This document shows positions 18,532-29,056 of a DNA stretch of 64,000 bases, piece after piece. How positions within the stretch are numbered: position 1 is the stretch's first letter; each line of letters opens with the position of its first letter. This stretch comes from Alphaproteobacteria bacterium UBA3768. Its GTDB lineage: Bacteria > Pseudomonadota > Alphaproteobacteria > CAAHEQ01 > UBA3637. A program made the translations under genes and the position numbers. The stretch is taken from assembly GCA_002372315.1 (NCBI GenBank), contig DFFU01000027.1, positions 7,294 to 71,293 on the forward strand, written 5' to 3'. The notes beneath the pieces are model-generated. The model saw nothing but the letters and a program-made list of their open reading frames with translations, was not told the DNA's origin and made no database searches.

Positions 18532-21162
18532 ATCCAATTTTCCACAACAATGTTTATATTTCTTACCAGAACCACAGGGACAAGGCGCATTGCGTGGAAT
18601 ATCGTTCAAAAAAGGCTTTTGAGTCTTCGGTTCAGGCAAATCCTCCATTTGTCCTTGAGAAACTTTCTGAGGCTGTTCTATTGGCGTTTGTCTTGGTTGA
18701 ATCTTAATCTCAGAAAAACCCAATACCTTTGTCACATTTTCACGTAATTTTACCAACATTATTTCAAATAAAATAAAGGCTTCTTTTTTATATTCATATA
18801 ATGGATTTTTTTGGGCATAGGCACGCAACCCAATAGACGTTTTCATAAAATCCAAACTCTTTAAATGTTCCTTCCATGCCATATCAACAGATTGAATTAA
18901 TAACGTTTTTTCCAAATCATTACGGGAACTTTCGGGTAAAAATTCCATTTTCTTTTGCCATAACTCATCGGCCGCTTTCATAACACGATTCACTAAATCA
19001 GAAGATTGAATTCCCACTTCATTTTTCCAAGAGGCAAAGGGTAAATCCAAATTTGTCAAATTCAACACCTCATTATGGATATTTTCAGCATCCCAATCTT
19101 CTGGAGATGTCTTTTCAGGTGCCAAAGCATAAATCAAGTTTTCCAAACAATCACGACGCATATCACGCAGTACATCATGTACATTAGAACTTTCCAATAA
19201 TTCACGACGCTGTTCATAAATGATTTTACGCTGATCATTCATCACATCATCATATTTTAAAACATTTTTACGTGTGGTAAAATGGTGCTCTTCTACTTTC
19301 TTTTGAGCATGCGCAATTGCCTTACTAATCCAAGGACTGTGAATATCTTGTCCATGTTTCAGCCCCATCTTTTTTAATATTAAGCCTATACGTTCTGAAC
19401 CAAAAATACGCATCAAGTCATCTTCCAAGGAGACATAGAATCGTGATTGTCCAGGATCACCTTGACGTCCAGAACGGCCACGCAACTGATTATCTATGCG
19501 GCGACTTTCATGACGTTCTGATCCCAAAACATAAAGTCCTCCAGCCTTAAGGGCTATCTCTTTATTTCGTGCAATTTCAGCCTGAATTTTTTCCGCTAAT
19601 TCTTTTTCATCTGCCTCTGGATGTTTTTCTTTTTCTTCTGCAAAACGCATTTCAAAGTTACCACCCAACTGAATATCTGTTCCACGACCTGCCATATTTG
19701 TAGCAATTGTAATTGCACCAGGAACACCCGCTTGAGCAATAATTTTAGCTTCTTGTTCGTGGTGGCGCGCATTTAAAACGTTAAATTTTAAATCCGTTTT
19801 CTTTTTTAATAAATCCGCCAAAATTTCGGATTTTTCAATACTGATTGTTCCCACCAAAATCGGTTGGTTGCGTTTATGCGCTGCTTCTATTTCTGAAATA
19901 ATTGCATCATATTTTTCTTCGGCTGTACGGTAAATAATATCTTGTTCATCTTTACGCGCAAGAGGTTTATTTCCAGGAATTTCAATAACCTCTAATTTAT
20001 AAATATCATCAAATTCTGCTGCCTCAGTCATGGCAGTTCCCGTCATACCCGCCAATTTAGGATACAAACGGAAATAATTTTGGAAAGTAATTGAGGCTAA
20101 TGTTTGATTTTCAGGTTGAATTTCCACACCTTCTTTGGCTTCTAAGGCCTGATGCAAACCATCAGAATAGCGCCGACCATTCATAATACGCCCTGTAAAC
20201 TCATCAATAATCATTACCTGATTGTCTTTGACAATGTAATCAACATCCTTTTGTAGCATAACATGGGCACGCAAACACTCTTCCACATAATGCACCAATG
20301 AAATATTGGCCGCATCATACAATCCTCCCACCAATAATTCAGCCTCATGCAAAGCATTTTCCACAAACTCTACGCCCAAATCTGTCAAAGTTACAACTTT
20401 AAATTTTTCATCTTTTTCATAGTGTTCAGGGCGGATATGTGTCATAACATCACTAACTTTACGATACAAATCAGACGAATCTTCCGCAGGACCAGATATA
20501 ATCAATGGCGTCCGAGCCTCATCAATCAAAATTGAATCCACTTCATCTACAATGGCATAATTAAATGGGCGTTGAACCATCATATCCTTAGATAATGCCA
20601 TATTATCACGCAAATAATCAAAGCCCAGCTGATTATTTGTTGCATAAGTTACATCCGAATTATAGGCTGCACGTCTTTGTTCAAAGTTCATTTGATCAAT
20701 AACACACCCCACCGTTAATCCCAAAAAACGATAAATTTTACCCATCCACTCACTATCACGTTTGGCTAAGTAATCGTTCACAGTGACAACATGAACTCCC
20801 TTCCCAGTCAAAGCATTCAAATAGACAGGCAGTGTGGCCACCAAAGTTTTACCTTCACCTGTACGCATTTCGGCAATTTTGTTATCGAATAGAACCATTC
20901 CTCCCAATAATTGAACATCAAAAGGGCGCAACCCCAACGTACGTTTGGATGCTTCACGCACAGTCGCAAAAGCCTCTGGCAAAAGTGATTCCAATGCTTC
21001 ACCTTGTTTTAATCTTTCACGATATTCGGCTGTTTTTGCAGTCAATTGAGCATCCGTCAGCTTTTCAAAATCAGCCTCCATCGCATTAATTTTTTGAACT
21101 GTTTTTTTAAATTTTCTGAGATAGCGTTCATTGGCCGAACGAAACAGGGCATTCAAAATCAT
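18529..21162 (-). CDS. secA: Preprotein translocase ATPase SecA
   Basis: [60 protein letters not shown]-terminal [14 protein letters not shown]. Confidence 0.98.
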   Translation of the reverse strand: MILNALFRSANERYLRKFKKTVQKINAMEADFEKLTDAQLTAKTAEYRERLKQGEALESLLPEAFATVREASKRTLGLRPFDVQLLGGMVLFDNKIAEMRTGEGKTLVATLPVYLNALTGKGVHVVTVNDYLAKRDSEWMGKIYRFLGLTVGCVIDQMNFEQRRAAYNSDVTYATNNQLGFDYLRDNMALSKDMMVQRPFNYAIVDEVDSILIDEARTPLIISGPAEDSSDLYRKVSDVMTHIRPEHYEKDEKFKVVTLTDLGVEFVENALHEAELLVGGLYDAANISLVHYVEECLRAHVMLQKDVDYIVKDNQVMIIDEFTGRIMNGRRYSDGLHQALEAKEGVEIQPENQTLASITFQNYFRLYPKLAGMTGTAMTEAAEFDDIYKLEVIEIPGNKPLARKDEQDIIYRTAEEKYDAIISEIEAAHKRNQPILVGTISIEKSEILADLLKKKTDLKFNVLNARHHEQEAKIIAQAGVPGAITIATNMAGRGTDIQLGGNFEMRFAEEKEKHPEADEKELAEKIQAEIARNKEIALKAGGLYVLGSERHESRRIDNQLRGRSGRQGDPGQSRFYVSLEDDLMRIFGSERIGLILKKMGLKHGQDIHSPWISKAIAHAQKKVEEHHFTTRKNVLKYDDVMNDQRKIIYEQRRELLESSNVHDVLRDMRRDCLENLIYALAPEKTSPEDWDAENIHNEVLNLTNLDLPFASWKNEVGIQSSDLVNRVMKAADELWQKKMEFLPESSRNDLEKTLLIQSVDMAWKEHLKSLDFMKTSIGLRAYAQKNPLYEYKKEAFILFEIMLVKLRENVTKVLGFSEIKIQPRQTPIEQPQKVSQGQMEDLPEPKTQKPFLNDIPRNAPCPCGSGKKYKHCCGKLD

Positions 21163-21244
21163 ACTTTTTCCTTTTGTCTATATTATATTATGTTATAGAC
21201 ATAGGCTTTTTTCATTCAAAAGTCAAGTTTTTGATACGATTTTT

Positions 21245-22486
21245 TTATTCTTTCATCAAAATCTGAGTAGCCTCATCCAAATCATCTGAAAAACCACACT
21301 CTTGCTTACCCGTAAATGGTAGTTTTGTATCAACTAATTGTTCGGCATAATATAGTATATCCGAACATTCTGATGGTGTAAATGTGAAGTGGTAAGGTTT
21401 TATTTGAGAAACAGGATCTTTGGCGTTTTGAGATGTTGTCTGTTGAACCGCACAGTATTGACGACAATTTTCATCAGGAGCCAAGCCAATAACATGCCGT
21501 GTCTTTCCTTCTTTCAATACAACGGCCGTTTTATGAATTTCAGTTATCCGCGCCCCATTTGGTAAAACAGTATCTTGCATCACAGAAAAATGACGTCCCT
21601 CTGCATCTTGCATCACTGCTCCTGATGGATTCAGTGCTATCAATCGATAGGGGTACTGGCTTGCCAATTTTTCTTTTCGTGCAACATCCACACAATTACA
21701 ATCGTGATGCGTCAAGTTTGTATATTCACGCTGATTTGGTTCAAAAGAAGAGGACTGACATGAATAAATCTTTTCTTGCATCCACTTTTGAGCGTCTTGT
21801 GATTTAACCTTGTTTTGATAAACGAGATAGAACAATCCCAAATTCTCCTCAGCATTTTTACATCCCAAAAGAGCCGAACGCCATAAGTGTTCAAAAGATT
21901 TTTTCATATCCACCTTCTGACCAGATAATCCCAACATAGCGTACACGCCTATGATATTATTGGCCAACGCCCCCCGCTGAGTTGCCGCTTTTTCAATCAA
22001 GGGCCATCCTTTTGAATCATTATGGTATGTACTGTTAGGATCCAAATAAAGCACCCCTATTTTTTCGGCAATATGTCCTTTTTCATCCTGAGTTAGCATG
22101 GGACTTTTAAGGGCTTGAGTATAACTTTCAAAAGCCTCACGATACTTTTTTTGGGCATACATATTATCGGCCAAATAGATCAACGCAGGGCCATTCCCTC
22201 CGATTGCAGCCATCTGACACAATTTAACACCATCCGAAGTATTAGGATAACGAACACAAAGTTCATACATTGCTTGATAGGATTTATTACGCTGAGCCCA
22301 ACTGGACCAATTAATTAATGCACGATGAGCATCATCAAATCCACATTGCGTGTATATCTGAGTATCTCGTTTTTTTTCTGCCTCTAAGAGAGCCTTTTGG
22401 CAAATATCACCCTCAGCCAAATTTTGGGCCATAAGAGGTGCATTAGACAATAACCAACAAAAAAACAATAAACTTTTAAAATGCAT
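21245..22486 (-). CDS. Exported Sel1/TPR-repeat protein with a PilP/GspC-like beta domain
   Basis: Signal peptide; Sel1-like repeats (AAIGGNGPALIYLA, SALLGCKNAEENLG); late segment AVMQDAEGRHFSVMQDTVLPNGARITEIHKTAVVL. Confidence 0.6.
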   Translation of the reverse strand: MHFKSLLFFCWLLSNAPLMAQNLAEGDICQKALLEAEKKRDTQIYTQCGFDDAHRALINWSSWAQRNKSYQAMYELCVRYPNTSDGVKLCQMAAIGGNGPALIYLADNMYAQKKYREAFESYTQALKSPMLTQDEKGHIAEKIGVLYLDPNSTYHNDSKGWPLIEKAATQRGALANNIIGVYAMLGLSGQKVDMKKSFEHLWRSALLGCKNAEENLGLFYLVYQNKVKSQDAQKWMQEKIYSCQSSSFEPNQREYTNLTHHDCNCVDVARKEKLASQYPYRLIALNPSGAVMQDAEGRHFSVMQDTVLPNGARITEIHKTAVVLKEGKTRHVIGLAPDENCRQYCAVQQTTSQNAKDPVSQIKPYHFTFTPSECSDILYYAEQLVDTKLPFTGKQECGFSDDLDEATQILMKE

Positions 22487-22594
22487 AGTATTTCCCCTTT
22501 TTGTCTTTTTAGCATGTTTTTTTTTAAATAACAAGAAAAAAATCTTGAAAAATAAAATAAAATAGTAGATAATATTTCTAACAAAGGATGTATT

Positions 22595-23695
22595 ATGGGA
22601 TTTAATTGTGGAATTGTGGGGTTACCCAATGTTGGGAAGTCAACTTTATTTAATGCGTTAACAGCTACTGTCAATGCGCAGGCTGCGAATTATCCGTTTT
22701 GCACAATTGAACCCAATATCGGTCGTGTCGCTGTACCCGATGAAAGGTTGGATACTTTGGCAAAAATTGATAGCGCTGCCAAGATTGTGCCAACTCAATT
22801 GGAATTTGTGGACATTGCGGGCTTGGTTAAAGGGGCAAGCCGTGGCGAAGGCTTGGGCAATCAGTTCTTGGGCAATATTCGTGAGGTAGATGCCATTATT
22901 CATGTGTTACGCTGTTTTGAAAACACAGATATTGTACATGTAGAAGGCTCCATTGATCCAGTACGTGATGCAGAAACGGTGGAAACCGAGTTAATGCTGG
23001 CAGACTTGGAAAGTTTGGAAAAACGCTTGGAAGGTGTTTCAAAAAAAGCAAAATCTGGAGATAAAGAAGCTAAATCATGGGTCGCCGTTATTGAACCAGC
23101 ACTCAATATGTTGCGTGATGGAAAACCCGCTCGTTTAGCAAGACCAGATGATGCAGAAAGCTTAAAATTATTTAACCAATTAGCATTATTGACGGCAAAA
23201 CCTGTTTTGTACGTTTGCAATGTGGATGATTCAGCCGCAGCAACTGGTAATGATTTTTCAAAGCGTGTTTTTGAAATGGCCCAAAAGCAAGGCAACTCAG
23301 CTGTCGTAATTTGTGCAGGTATTGAACAGGAAATTGCTCAACTGCCCACTGAAGAGCAACCAGAGTTCTTAGAAACATTAGGGTTAAAAGAAACAGGTCT
23401 TTCGCAAATCATTAAAGCAGGATATAAACTTTTGGGTTTGGAAACATTCTTTACATCTGGTCCAAAAGAAGCACACGCTTGGACTATGCGTAAAGGTATT
23501 TTGGCACCACAGGCCGCTGGTATTATTCATTCAGATTTTGAAAAAGGCTTTATTCGGGCAGAAGTTGTATCTTATAAAGATTATGTAGATCATAATGGTG
23601 AAAGTGGCGCAAGGGAAAAAGGATTACTTCGTCAAGAAGGTAAAAACTATGTCATGCAAGATGGGGATGTTGTACATTTCTTGTTTAGCACTTAA
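22595..23695 (+). CDS. ychF: Redox-regulated ATPase YchF
   Basis: CGIVGLPNVGKSTLFNALT, ANYPFCTIEPN, DIAGLVKGASRGEGLGNQFL, QAAGIIHSDFEKGFIRAE. Confidence 0.98.
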   Translation: MGFNCGIVGLPNVGKSTLFNALTATVNAQAANYPFCTIEPNIGRVAVPDERLDTLAKIDSAAKIVPTQLEFVDIAGLVKGASRGEGLGNQFLGNIREVDAIIHVLRCFENTDIVHVEGSIDPVRDAETVETELMLADLESLEKRLEGVSKKAKSGDKEAKSWVAVIEPALNMLRDGKPARLARPDDAESLKLFNQLALLTAKPVLYVCNVDDSAAATGNDFSKRVFEMAQKQGNSAVVICAGIEQEIAQLPTEEQPEFLETLGLKETGLSQIIKAGYKLLGLETFFTSGPKEAHAWTMRKGILAPQAAGIIHSDFEKGFIRAEVVSYKDYVDHNGESGAREKGLLRQEGKNYVMQDGDVVHFLFST

Positions 23696-23716
23696 AAATA
23701 GACGAAAGGGGGAAAA

Positions 23717-24154
23717 ATGGCAATTATATCATGGCGTGAACAGATGAGCTTAAACTATCCACCTTTGGATAGTGAACATCAGGCGTTTATGAAGGTGATC
23801 AATCAGGCCTCTGAGGATATCAAAAAACGTCACATAGAGGGCATGGAAAAAATGTTTCAGGCCTGTTATGATTATGTGCGTAACCATTTTTCACATGAAG
23901 AAGACATTATGGAACGTATTCATTATCCCGAAATGGAAGAACATATTGCCAGCCATCAACTATTTATCAAAAACATTTCCCAATTTCGTCAGGAATTTGA
24001 AACGGCTGATACTGTGGGTAAAAAGTTGGATGCTTCACAAAAAGCAATGGCTTTCTTGAGCGTGTGGTTTTTGGGACACCTTATCAGTCGTGATAAACCA
24101 ATGAAACCCTATTTGGTACGATTACGCAACCTGCCCCCACGTATGAATTATTAA
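23717..24154 (+). CDS. Bacteriohemerythrin
   Basis: Di-iron ligand pattern H..HFSHEEDIM..YP..EHIASH..W..GH...D. Confidence 0.9.
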   Translation: MAIISWREQMSLNYPPLDSEHQAFMKVINQASEDIKKRHIEGMEKMFQACYDYVRNHFSHEEDIMERIHYPEMEEHIASHQLFIKNISQFRQEFETADTVGKKLDASQKAMAFLSVWFLGHLISRDKPMKPYLVRLRNLPPRMNY

Positions 24155-24156
24155 AT

Positions 24157-25917
24157 TTATTCTGCTGGCAATTCGCGGCTCATCTGCGTTTTGGCTGTAA
24201 TACCCAATATCTCTAAGCCGTTTTTCAGAACCTGTTGCACTGCCATAACGAGTGCTAAATTTTTACGTGTTTGTTCCATATTATTGGCATCCACAAAACG
24301 GTGACCACCTTTGGCACCCAAGGTCCAAATGCTATGAAATAAAGAGGCTATTTCATATAAATATCCCGCTAGCAAATGGGGAGCTTTATTTTGTGCAGAT
24401 ACTTCCACGATATGTGTTAATCCTAACATTTTTTGAATCAACTCCCGTTCTGTTTCATTGGCATTCGCATATAAATGCATATCCAAATCTTTTTCTGTTG
24501 GCATTACACCAAATATTTTTTCATAGGTATTTAAAACTGAATAAGTTCTGGCAGATGCATATTGGATATAGAATACGGGGTTATCTTTTGATTGTTCTTT
24601 TGTTTTAGCCAAATCAAAACTCATCTGACTATCAGCTGATTTTGTCAGCATAAACAAACGAAAAGCATCTGCATCAATTTCATCCAAAATATCATCCACT
24701 AAAACAAAATTACCAGCACGTTTTGACATACGGAAGGGTTTACCATCTTTTTGTAAACTCACAACTTGACATAAGGCAATATCCAAAGTCGCCTGAGCAT
24801 TTGTCAAAGCCTTAACTGCAGCCTTCAAACGTTTCACATAACCACCGTGATCAGCCCCAAAGATATCCACCATTTGATGAAAACCACGATCAAATTTATT
24901 GACATGATAAGCAATATCAGATGTAAAATAAGTTTTGGAACCATCCGAACGTAAAATCACACGATCCCCATCATCTCCAAAATCTTTGGCACGGAAAAGC
25001 GTTTGTTCCACAGGTGCCCAATCTTCTGTTTCTTCACCCTTGGGTTTTGGAAGAATACCTTTATAAAGCAACCCCATATCCTGCATTTGTTGAACAGCTT
25101 TATCCACCGCCCCATCTTCTACTAATGATTTTTCAGAGGTAAAGACATCAAATTTGATACCCAATTTTGCAGCATCTGATTGAATCAATTTCAGCATCTG
25201 TTCAATAGATTTAGCTTTAAAATATTCTAACCAATCCGTTTTATCTAACCATTGATCACCATCCAAATCTTTAATGCTTTGAGCCACAGGAATGACATAA
25301 TCACCAGGGTAGCGACCTTCAGGAATAGATTCACCTTTATGACGCCCGAATAATTCTTCATAGCGCCAATACACTGATTCAGCCAATACATCCACTTGTT
25401 TGCCGAAATCATTAACGTAGTATTCTTTGGTCACATCATAGCCGATTTTTGAAAGCAACCTTGCCACAGCATCCCCAAAAATTGCGCCACGACTATGCCC
25501 CACATGCAAAGGGCCTGTTGGATTAGCTGATAAAAACTCCACATTTATCTTTTCATTTTGGCCAATATTGGATGTGCCAAATTTATCTTTTTGATTAAAA
25601 ATTTCAGCGAACGCTTTATCCCAAAAAGAACTACTCAAACGCATATTGATGAAACCAGGCCCAGCAATTTCAAGCGTTTTAAAACAATCTTCTTCTTTCA
25701 ATTTTTCAACCAACTGTTCTGCCAGCACACGTGGATTTTGACGTAAATTTTTGGATAAAATCATGGCTGCATTCGTGGCAAAGTCCCCAAAAGATTTGTT
25801 AGCCGGTTTTTCCAAAGTCAGATGATTTTTTAAAAGTACTTTTGCACTTTCATCCAAAGACCAAACAGATTCAGCCAACGAAGCTATTTTTTCCTTTAAA
25901 AATTGATCCAAAATCAT
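24157..25917 (-). CDS. argS: Arginyl-tRNA synthetase
   Basis: EFLSANPTGPLHVGHSRGA, GADHGGY, MSKRAGN, NPVFYIQYASAR. Confidence 0.97.
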   Translation of the reverse strand: MILDQFLKEKIASLAESVWSLDESAKVLLKNHLTLEKPANKSFGDFATNAAMILSKNLRQNPRVLAEQLVEKLKEEDCFKTLEIAGPGFINMRLSSSFWDKAFAEIFNQKDKFGTSNIGQNEKINVEFLSANPTGPLHVGHSRGAIFGDAVARLLSKIGYDVTKEYYVNDFGKQVDVLAESVYWRYEELFGRHKGESIPEGRYPGDYVIPVAQSIKDLDGDQWLDKTDWLEYFKAKSIEQMLKLIQSDAAKLGIKFDVFTSEKSLVEDGAVDKAVQQMQDMGLLYKGILPKPKGEETEDWAPVEQTLFRAKDFGDDGDRVILRSDGSKTYFTSDIAYHVNKFDRGFHQMVDIFGADHGGYVKRLKAAVKALTNAQATLDIALCQVVSLQKDGKPFRMSKRAGNFVLVDDILDEIDADAFRLFMLTKSADSQMSFDLAKTKEQSKDNPVFYIQYASARTYSVLNTYEKIFGVMPTEKDLDMHLYANANETERELIQKMLGLTHIVEVSAQNKAPHLLAGYLYEIASLFHSIWTLGAKGGHRFVDANNMEQTRKNLALVMAVQQVLKNGLEILGITAKTQMSRELPAE

Positions 25918-25946
25918 CTTTTTTCTCCTTTTGAAATTTGAGGCAA

Positions 25947-25975
25947 ATTATACCAAAAAAGCCCTCTTTTGTCAA
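25947..25975 (-). promoter_or_regulatory. Consensus sigma70 promoter of argS
   Basis: Minus strand TTGACA-N17-TATAAT. Confidence 0.8.
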
Positions 25976-25994
25976 CGCAGAAAATACGCAAATA

Positions 25995-26630
25995 TTACAA
26001 CTTTTCTAAGATCATTTGAACGGCTTCTGCCAAAACCTTAGGACAATTTTTCCAAAAATCATTATACATTTGTTCTTGCCCTTCCTCTCCCACCACATCA
26101 GAAATGATTCGAATAGAAGCAAAATCAATATGATTTAAGTAGCAAACTTGAGCTATAGCAGCACTTTCCATATCCACTGCCAAAGCCTCAGGGAAATTAG
26201 CTTTGATCTGATTTAAAACGTTTTTATCCGTCACAAATTGATCCCCTGTCACAAATAACCCTTTTTTAACGCCAGGAATGTCTAAATTTTCAAAGCGAGG
26301 TGTTTCAAAATAAAGGGGTAAATTTTGGACTTGACCTTTTAAATTACCTTCACCACACCAAACATCATGGTAAGCCACGCGTTCAGAAAGCACCATATCG
26401 CCTTGCTTTAAGGCAGAATCCAAACCACCAGCAACACCCACAGAAAAAATCAAATCCACACCTTGATCACATAACTTTTGTGCAGTCATTGCCGCATTCA
26501 CTTTTCCCATGCCACATTTAACCAAATAGATGATCTTATCGCCGACATCGGCTTGGTTATTTTGAAAGTGGTATATATCTTTTAGGGCGTTAAATTCGCT
26601 TTCCATAGCGGTTATCAAAGCTATTTTCAT
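25995..26630 (-). CDS. mtnN: MTA/SAH nucleosidase
   Basis: MKIALITAMESE, GMGKVNAA, GVAGG, TGDQF, VDMESAAIAQVC, IRIISD; start overlaps upstream stop (ATGA). Confidence 0.92.
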   Translation of the reverse strand: MKIALITAMESEFNALKDIYHFQNNQADVGDKIIYLVKCGMGKVNAAMTAQKLCDQGVDLIFSVGVAGGLDSALKQGDMVLSERVAYHDVWCGEGNLKGQVQNLPLYFETPRFENLDIPGVKKGLFVTGDQFVTDKNVLNQIKANFPEALAVDMESAAIAQVCYLNHIDFASIRIISDVVGEEGQEQMYNDFWKNCPKVLAEAVQMILEKL

Positions 26631-27616
26631 TTTCTTTTCTCCAAAACTGTAACCAATTCCACATGGTTGGAATAGGTAAATTGATCCACTGGTGTTATGG
26701 GAAATAATTTCCAACCACCATTCATTAAAATTTTAATATCACGTGCAGCTGTTTTAGGGTTGCAGGATACCATAATAATCTTTCCGAAACCTACTTCCAC
26801 CAACTGCTGACATTGCGCTAAGGCCCCTGCTCGTGGTGGGTCCATAACAATCAAATCAATCCCTTGTAATTCTTCAGCGAGCAGTGGGCGACGAAATAAA
26901 TCCCTCACAACACCATTGGGCCCCAACCATGCCACTGCATCTGAAACATTATCATAACCTGTGGTTAAAATCCCCTTATCCAATAAAGGACGCGTAAAAG
27001 TACCAGATCCACAAAATAAATCCACCACTTTTTTTGCCCCTTGAGCTGCTGTTAAAACCAATTGGACTAGAGCCTTTTCTCCTTCTAAACTTGGCTGGGA
27101 AAAATTATCAGCTGAACCACCATAAAGCCCACGTTCAAAAATGGGCGTATCATTATAAACAACGCGCGCAATTTCAGGATACTGGTTCAGTCCCGTCAAC
27201 AATTCCAATCTTTCCAAATTTGGCATACCCAATTTGTCACATATATGTATATCCAAACCAACATCTGTTAAGGCCACAAAAACATCCCCCAAAGTATTTA
27301 GTTTTTGAATAATAGATCGTAAAATTGGCAACAGGGCATTTATTTGAGGTACCAATAGTGGACAAGATTCAATTTCCACTATCTGGTGACTTTTGGCTTC
27401 ATTAAATCCCAAATGCCCACGCGCAAAAGAAAAGCTCGCCCGACGACGTGTTCCAGTGGGAATTAAAATCAAAGGATTTAATTCAATATCCACCCCCACA
27501 TCACGAAAACAATAGCGCACAAAATCTGATTTTTTTTGAATATATTCAGCTTCGGATAAATCCTGCCATACACAACCACCGCAACGATTAAAATAAAGAC
27601 ATTTTTCTTTTAACAT
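26627..27616 (-). CDS. RlmD/TrmA-family RNA (uracil-5)-methyltransferase
   Basis: CLYFNRCGGCVWQ Fe-S motif, DLFCGSGTF, DPPRAG, VSCNP, VDQFTYSNHVE. Confidence 0.88.
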   Translation of the reverse strand: MLKEKCLYFNRCGGCVWQDLSEAEYIQKKSDFVRYCFRDVGVDIELNPLILIPTGTRRRASFSFARGHLGFNEAKSHQIVEIESCPLLVPQINALLPILRSIIQKLNTLGDVFVALTDVGLDIHICDKLGMPNLERLELLTGLNQYPEIARVVYNDTPIFERGLYGGSADNFSQPSLEGEKALVQLVLTAAQGAKKVVDLFCGSGTFTRPLLDKGILTTGYDNVSDAVAWLGPNGVVRDLFRRPLLAEELQGIDLIVMDPPRAGALAQCQQLVEVGFGKIIMVSCNPKTAARDIKILMNGGWKLFPITPVDQFTYSNHVELVTVLEKRK

Positions 27617-27622
27617 GCTTTT

Positions 27623-27651
27623 ATTATAAAAGATTTTAACAAAAATGTCAA
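27623..27651 (-). promoter_or_regulatory. Consensus sigma70 promoter, probably yielding leaderless mRNA
   Basis: TTGACA-N17-TATAAT followed by only 6 nt (AAAAGC) before the ATG at 27616. Confidence 0.7.
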
Positions 27652-27721
27652 AAAAGAATTTTACAAAGATTAGGCTTGACTTTAAGGATATTTTTCAGTA
27701 CAGTTAGAATGGAGGTGTTCT

Positions 27722-28960
27722 ATGGATAAAATTTTACAGCGTGGTCGTACAATGGTTGAAACCTTGTCAGTATTGGCAATTATAGGGGTTTTGTCTGTGA
27801 CAGGTCTTCATGGTTTTAAGATGGCCATGCAGAAGCATAAGGACAACGAATTGCTGAACGAAATCAACAAATGCGCTTACAGTGTTGCCTCACAACTGTT
27901 TTTGGGTTCAAGTGCTAGTTTAAACGAATTTGCCAATAAATCCTTTGATGGGGTCAGCATTTCACCAGAAGTTTTGACTTGGGATAATGAATTTGGAATT
28001 CAAATTTCCAATGTTAGCAAACAAACGTGTCAAAATCTTTTCCTATCCTTCGGTAAAAATTCCATAGTGCGATGGATTGCAAAAGAGGGTGGAAGAACAA
28101 ATATGCAGGCCAGCGCATGCGCCCAAACCAATAATTTGGTTATTGGATACAACAAAAATATGGAAAAAAGCAATGATTCTGCTTTTAAAACGGACTTTGC
28201 TGATAAACAATCATGCGAAAATGCACGAAAATCATGGTGTCCAAAACCCAGTTCTGATCCTGATATACCATCCACCACAGGCCTTTGTTATGATTCACAG
28301 TGCATGAAGTGCCAAGATTCGGGTAATATCACAGCTGCTGGCATGGATGGTATTGCCTGTACCTATCAGGGTATGCAAAGTAAATGTCAAGGTGGTGTTT
28401 GTTTGGATCCTGAGGCTGTTTCAAAAGAAGGTGATTCATGCGAAACCAATGCGGATTGTGGTAGCGTAGGCAGTGGCTATTATTGCCGATATAGCACCTT
28501 TTGTAGAAAAGATTCAAATTGTTGGAAAACAGTAGATGTGAGCGGTGGCGGAGATGGTAAATGTACAAAGGTTGGTAGTAAAAATTTTGCAACAACGCAA
28601 AGTTTAGGATATGTTGCACGCAGTTTTGATAAAATGAATTGGTGGTCTGCATATAATTGGTGTCAAGCACAAGGTATGCGATTGTTTGATTTCAACCGAT
28701 TATACTGTTATAATGCTGGTGAAATGAATCAAAAGAATTCGGTATATTATTGTTATTCAGATTCAAACCAAAACAGTATGTCAGCTGAACTTTGGGAACT
28801 AAAACAAATTTGGGCAGGATCTGCTCAAGATCATTGGACAGACTATACCTATGTTGAAGATGGGGCTCAAGCACGTGTCATCACGTTAGCAACAAACAGC
28901 GCAACGTTTATAAGAAAATCACTTGATTTAAATTATAAGGCTTTATGCCAGCCCAAGTAA
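27722..28960 (+). CDS. Type IV pilin-like protein with Cys-rich linker and C-terminal C-type-lectin-like domain
   Basis: RG|RTMVETLSVLAIIGVLSV; C-terminus MNWWSAYNWCQAQGMRL...HWTD...ARVITL...YKALC; GGAGG RBS. Confidence 0.8.
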   Translation: MDKILQRGRTMVETLSVLAIIGVLSVTGLHGFKMAMQKHKDNELLNEINKCAYSVASQLFLGSSASLNEFANKSFDGVSISPEVLTWDNEFGIQISNVSKQTCQNLFLSFGKNSIVRWIAKEGGRTNMQASACAQTNNLVIGYNKNMEKSNDSAFKTDFADKQSCENARKSWCPKPSSDPDIPSTTGLCYDSQCMKCQDSGNITAAGMDGIACTYQGMQSKCQGGVCLDPEAVSKEGDSCETNADCGSVGSGYYCRYSTFCRKDSNCWKTVDVSGGGDGKCTKVGSKNFATTQSLGYVARSFDKMNWWSAYNWCQAQGMRLFDFNRLYCYNAGEMNQKNSVYYCYSDSNQNSMSAELWELKQIWAGSAQDHWTDYTYVEDGAQARVITLATNSATFIRKSLDLNYKALCQPK

Positions 28961-29056
28961 GATTTTTCTTGACGAATATGTGATTTTGTTCTATAATAGT
29001 TAACATCAAGCGTCCGCTTGAATTATTTCCCATTATTTTTGATGAAAGGTTATCCG

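Noticed and set aside
21171-21200. dif-like sequence (..TTATGTTATAG) upstream of secA
   Set aside because: The XerC arm does not match (no ATAA). It is better explained as a GTCTATA/TATAGAC inverted repeat in the secA 5' region.
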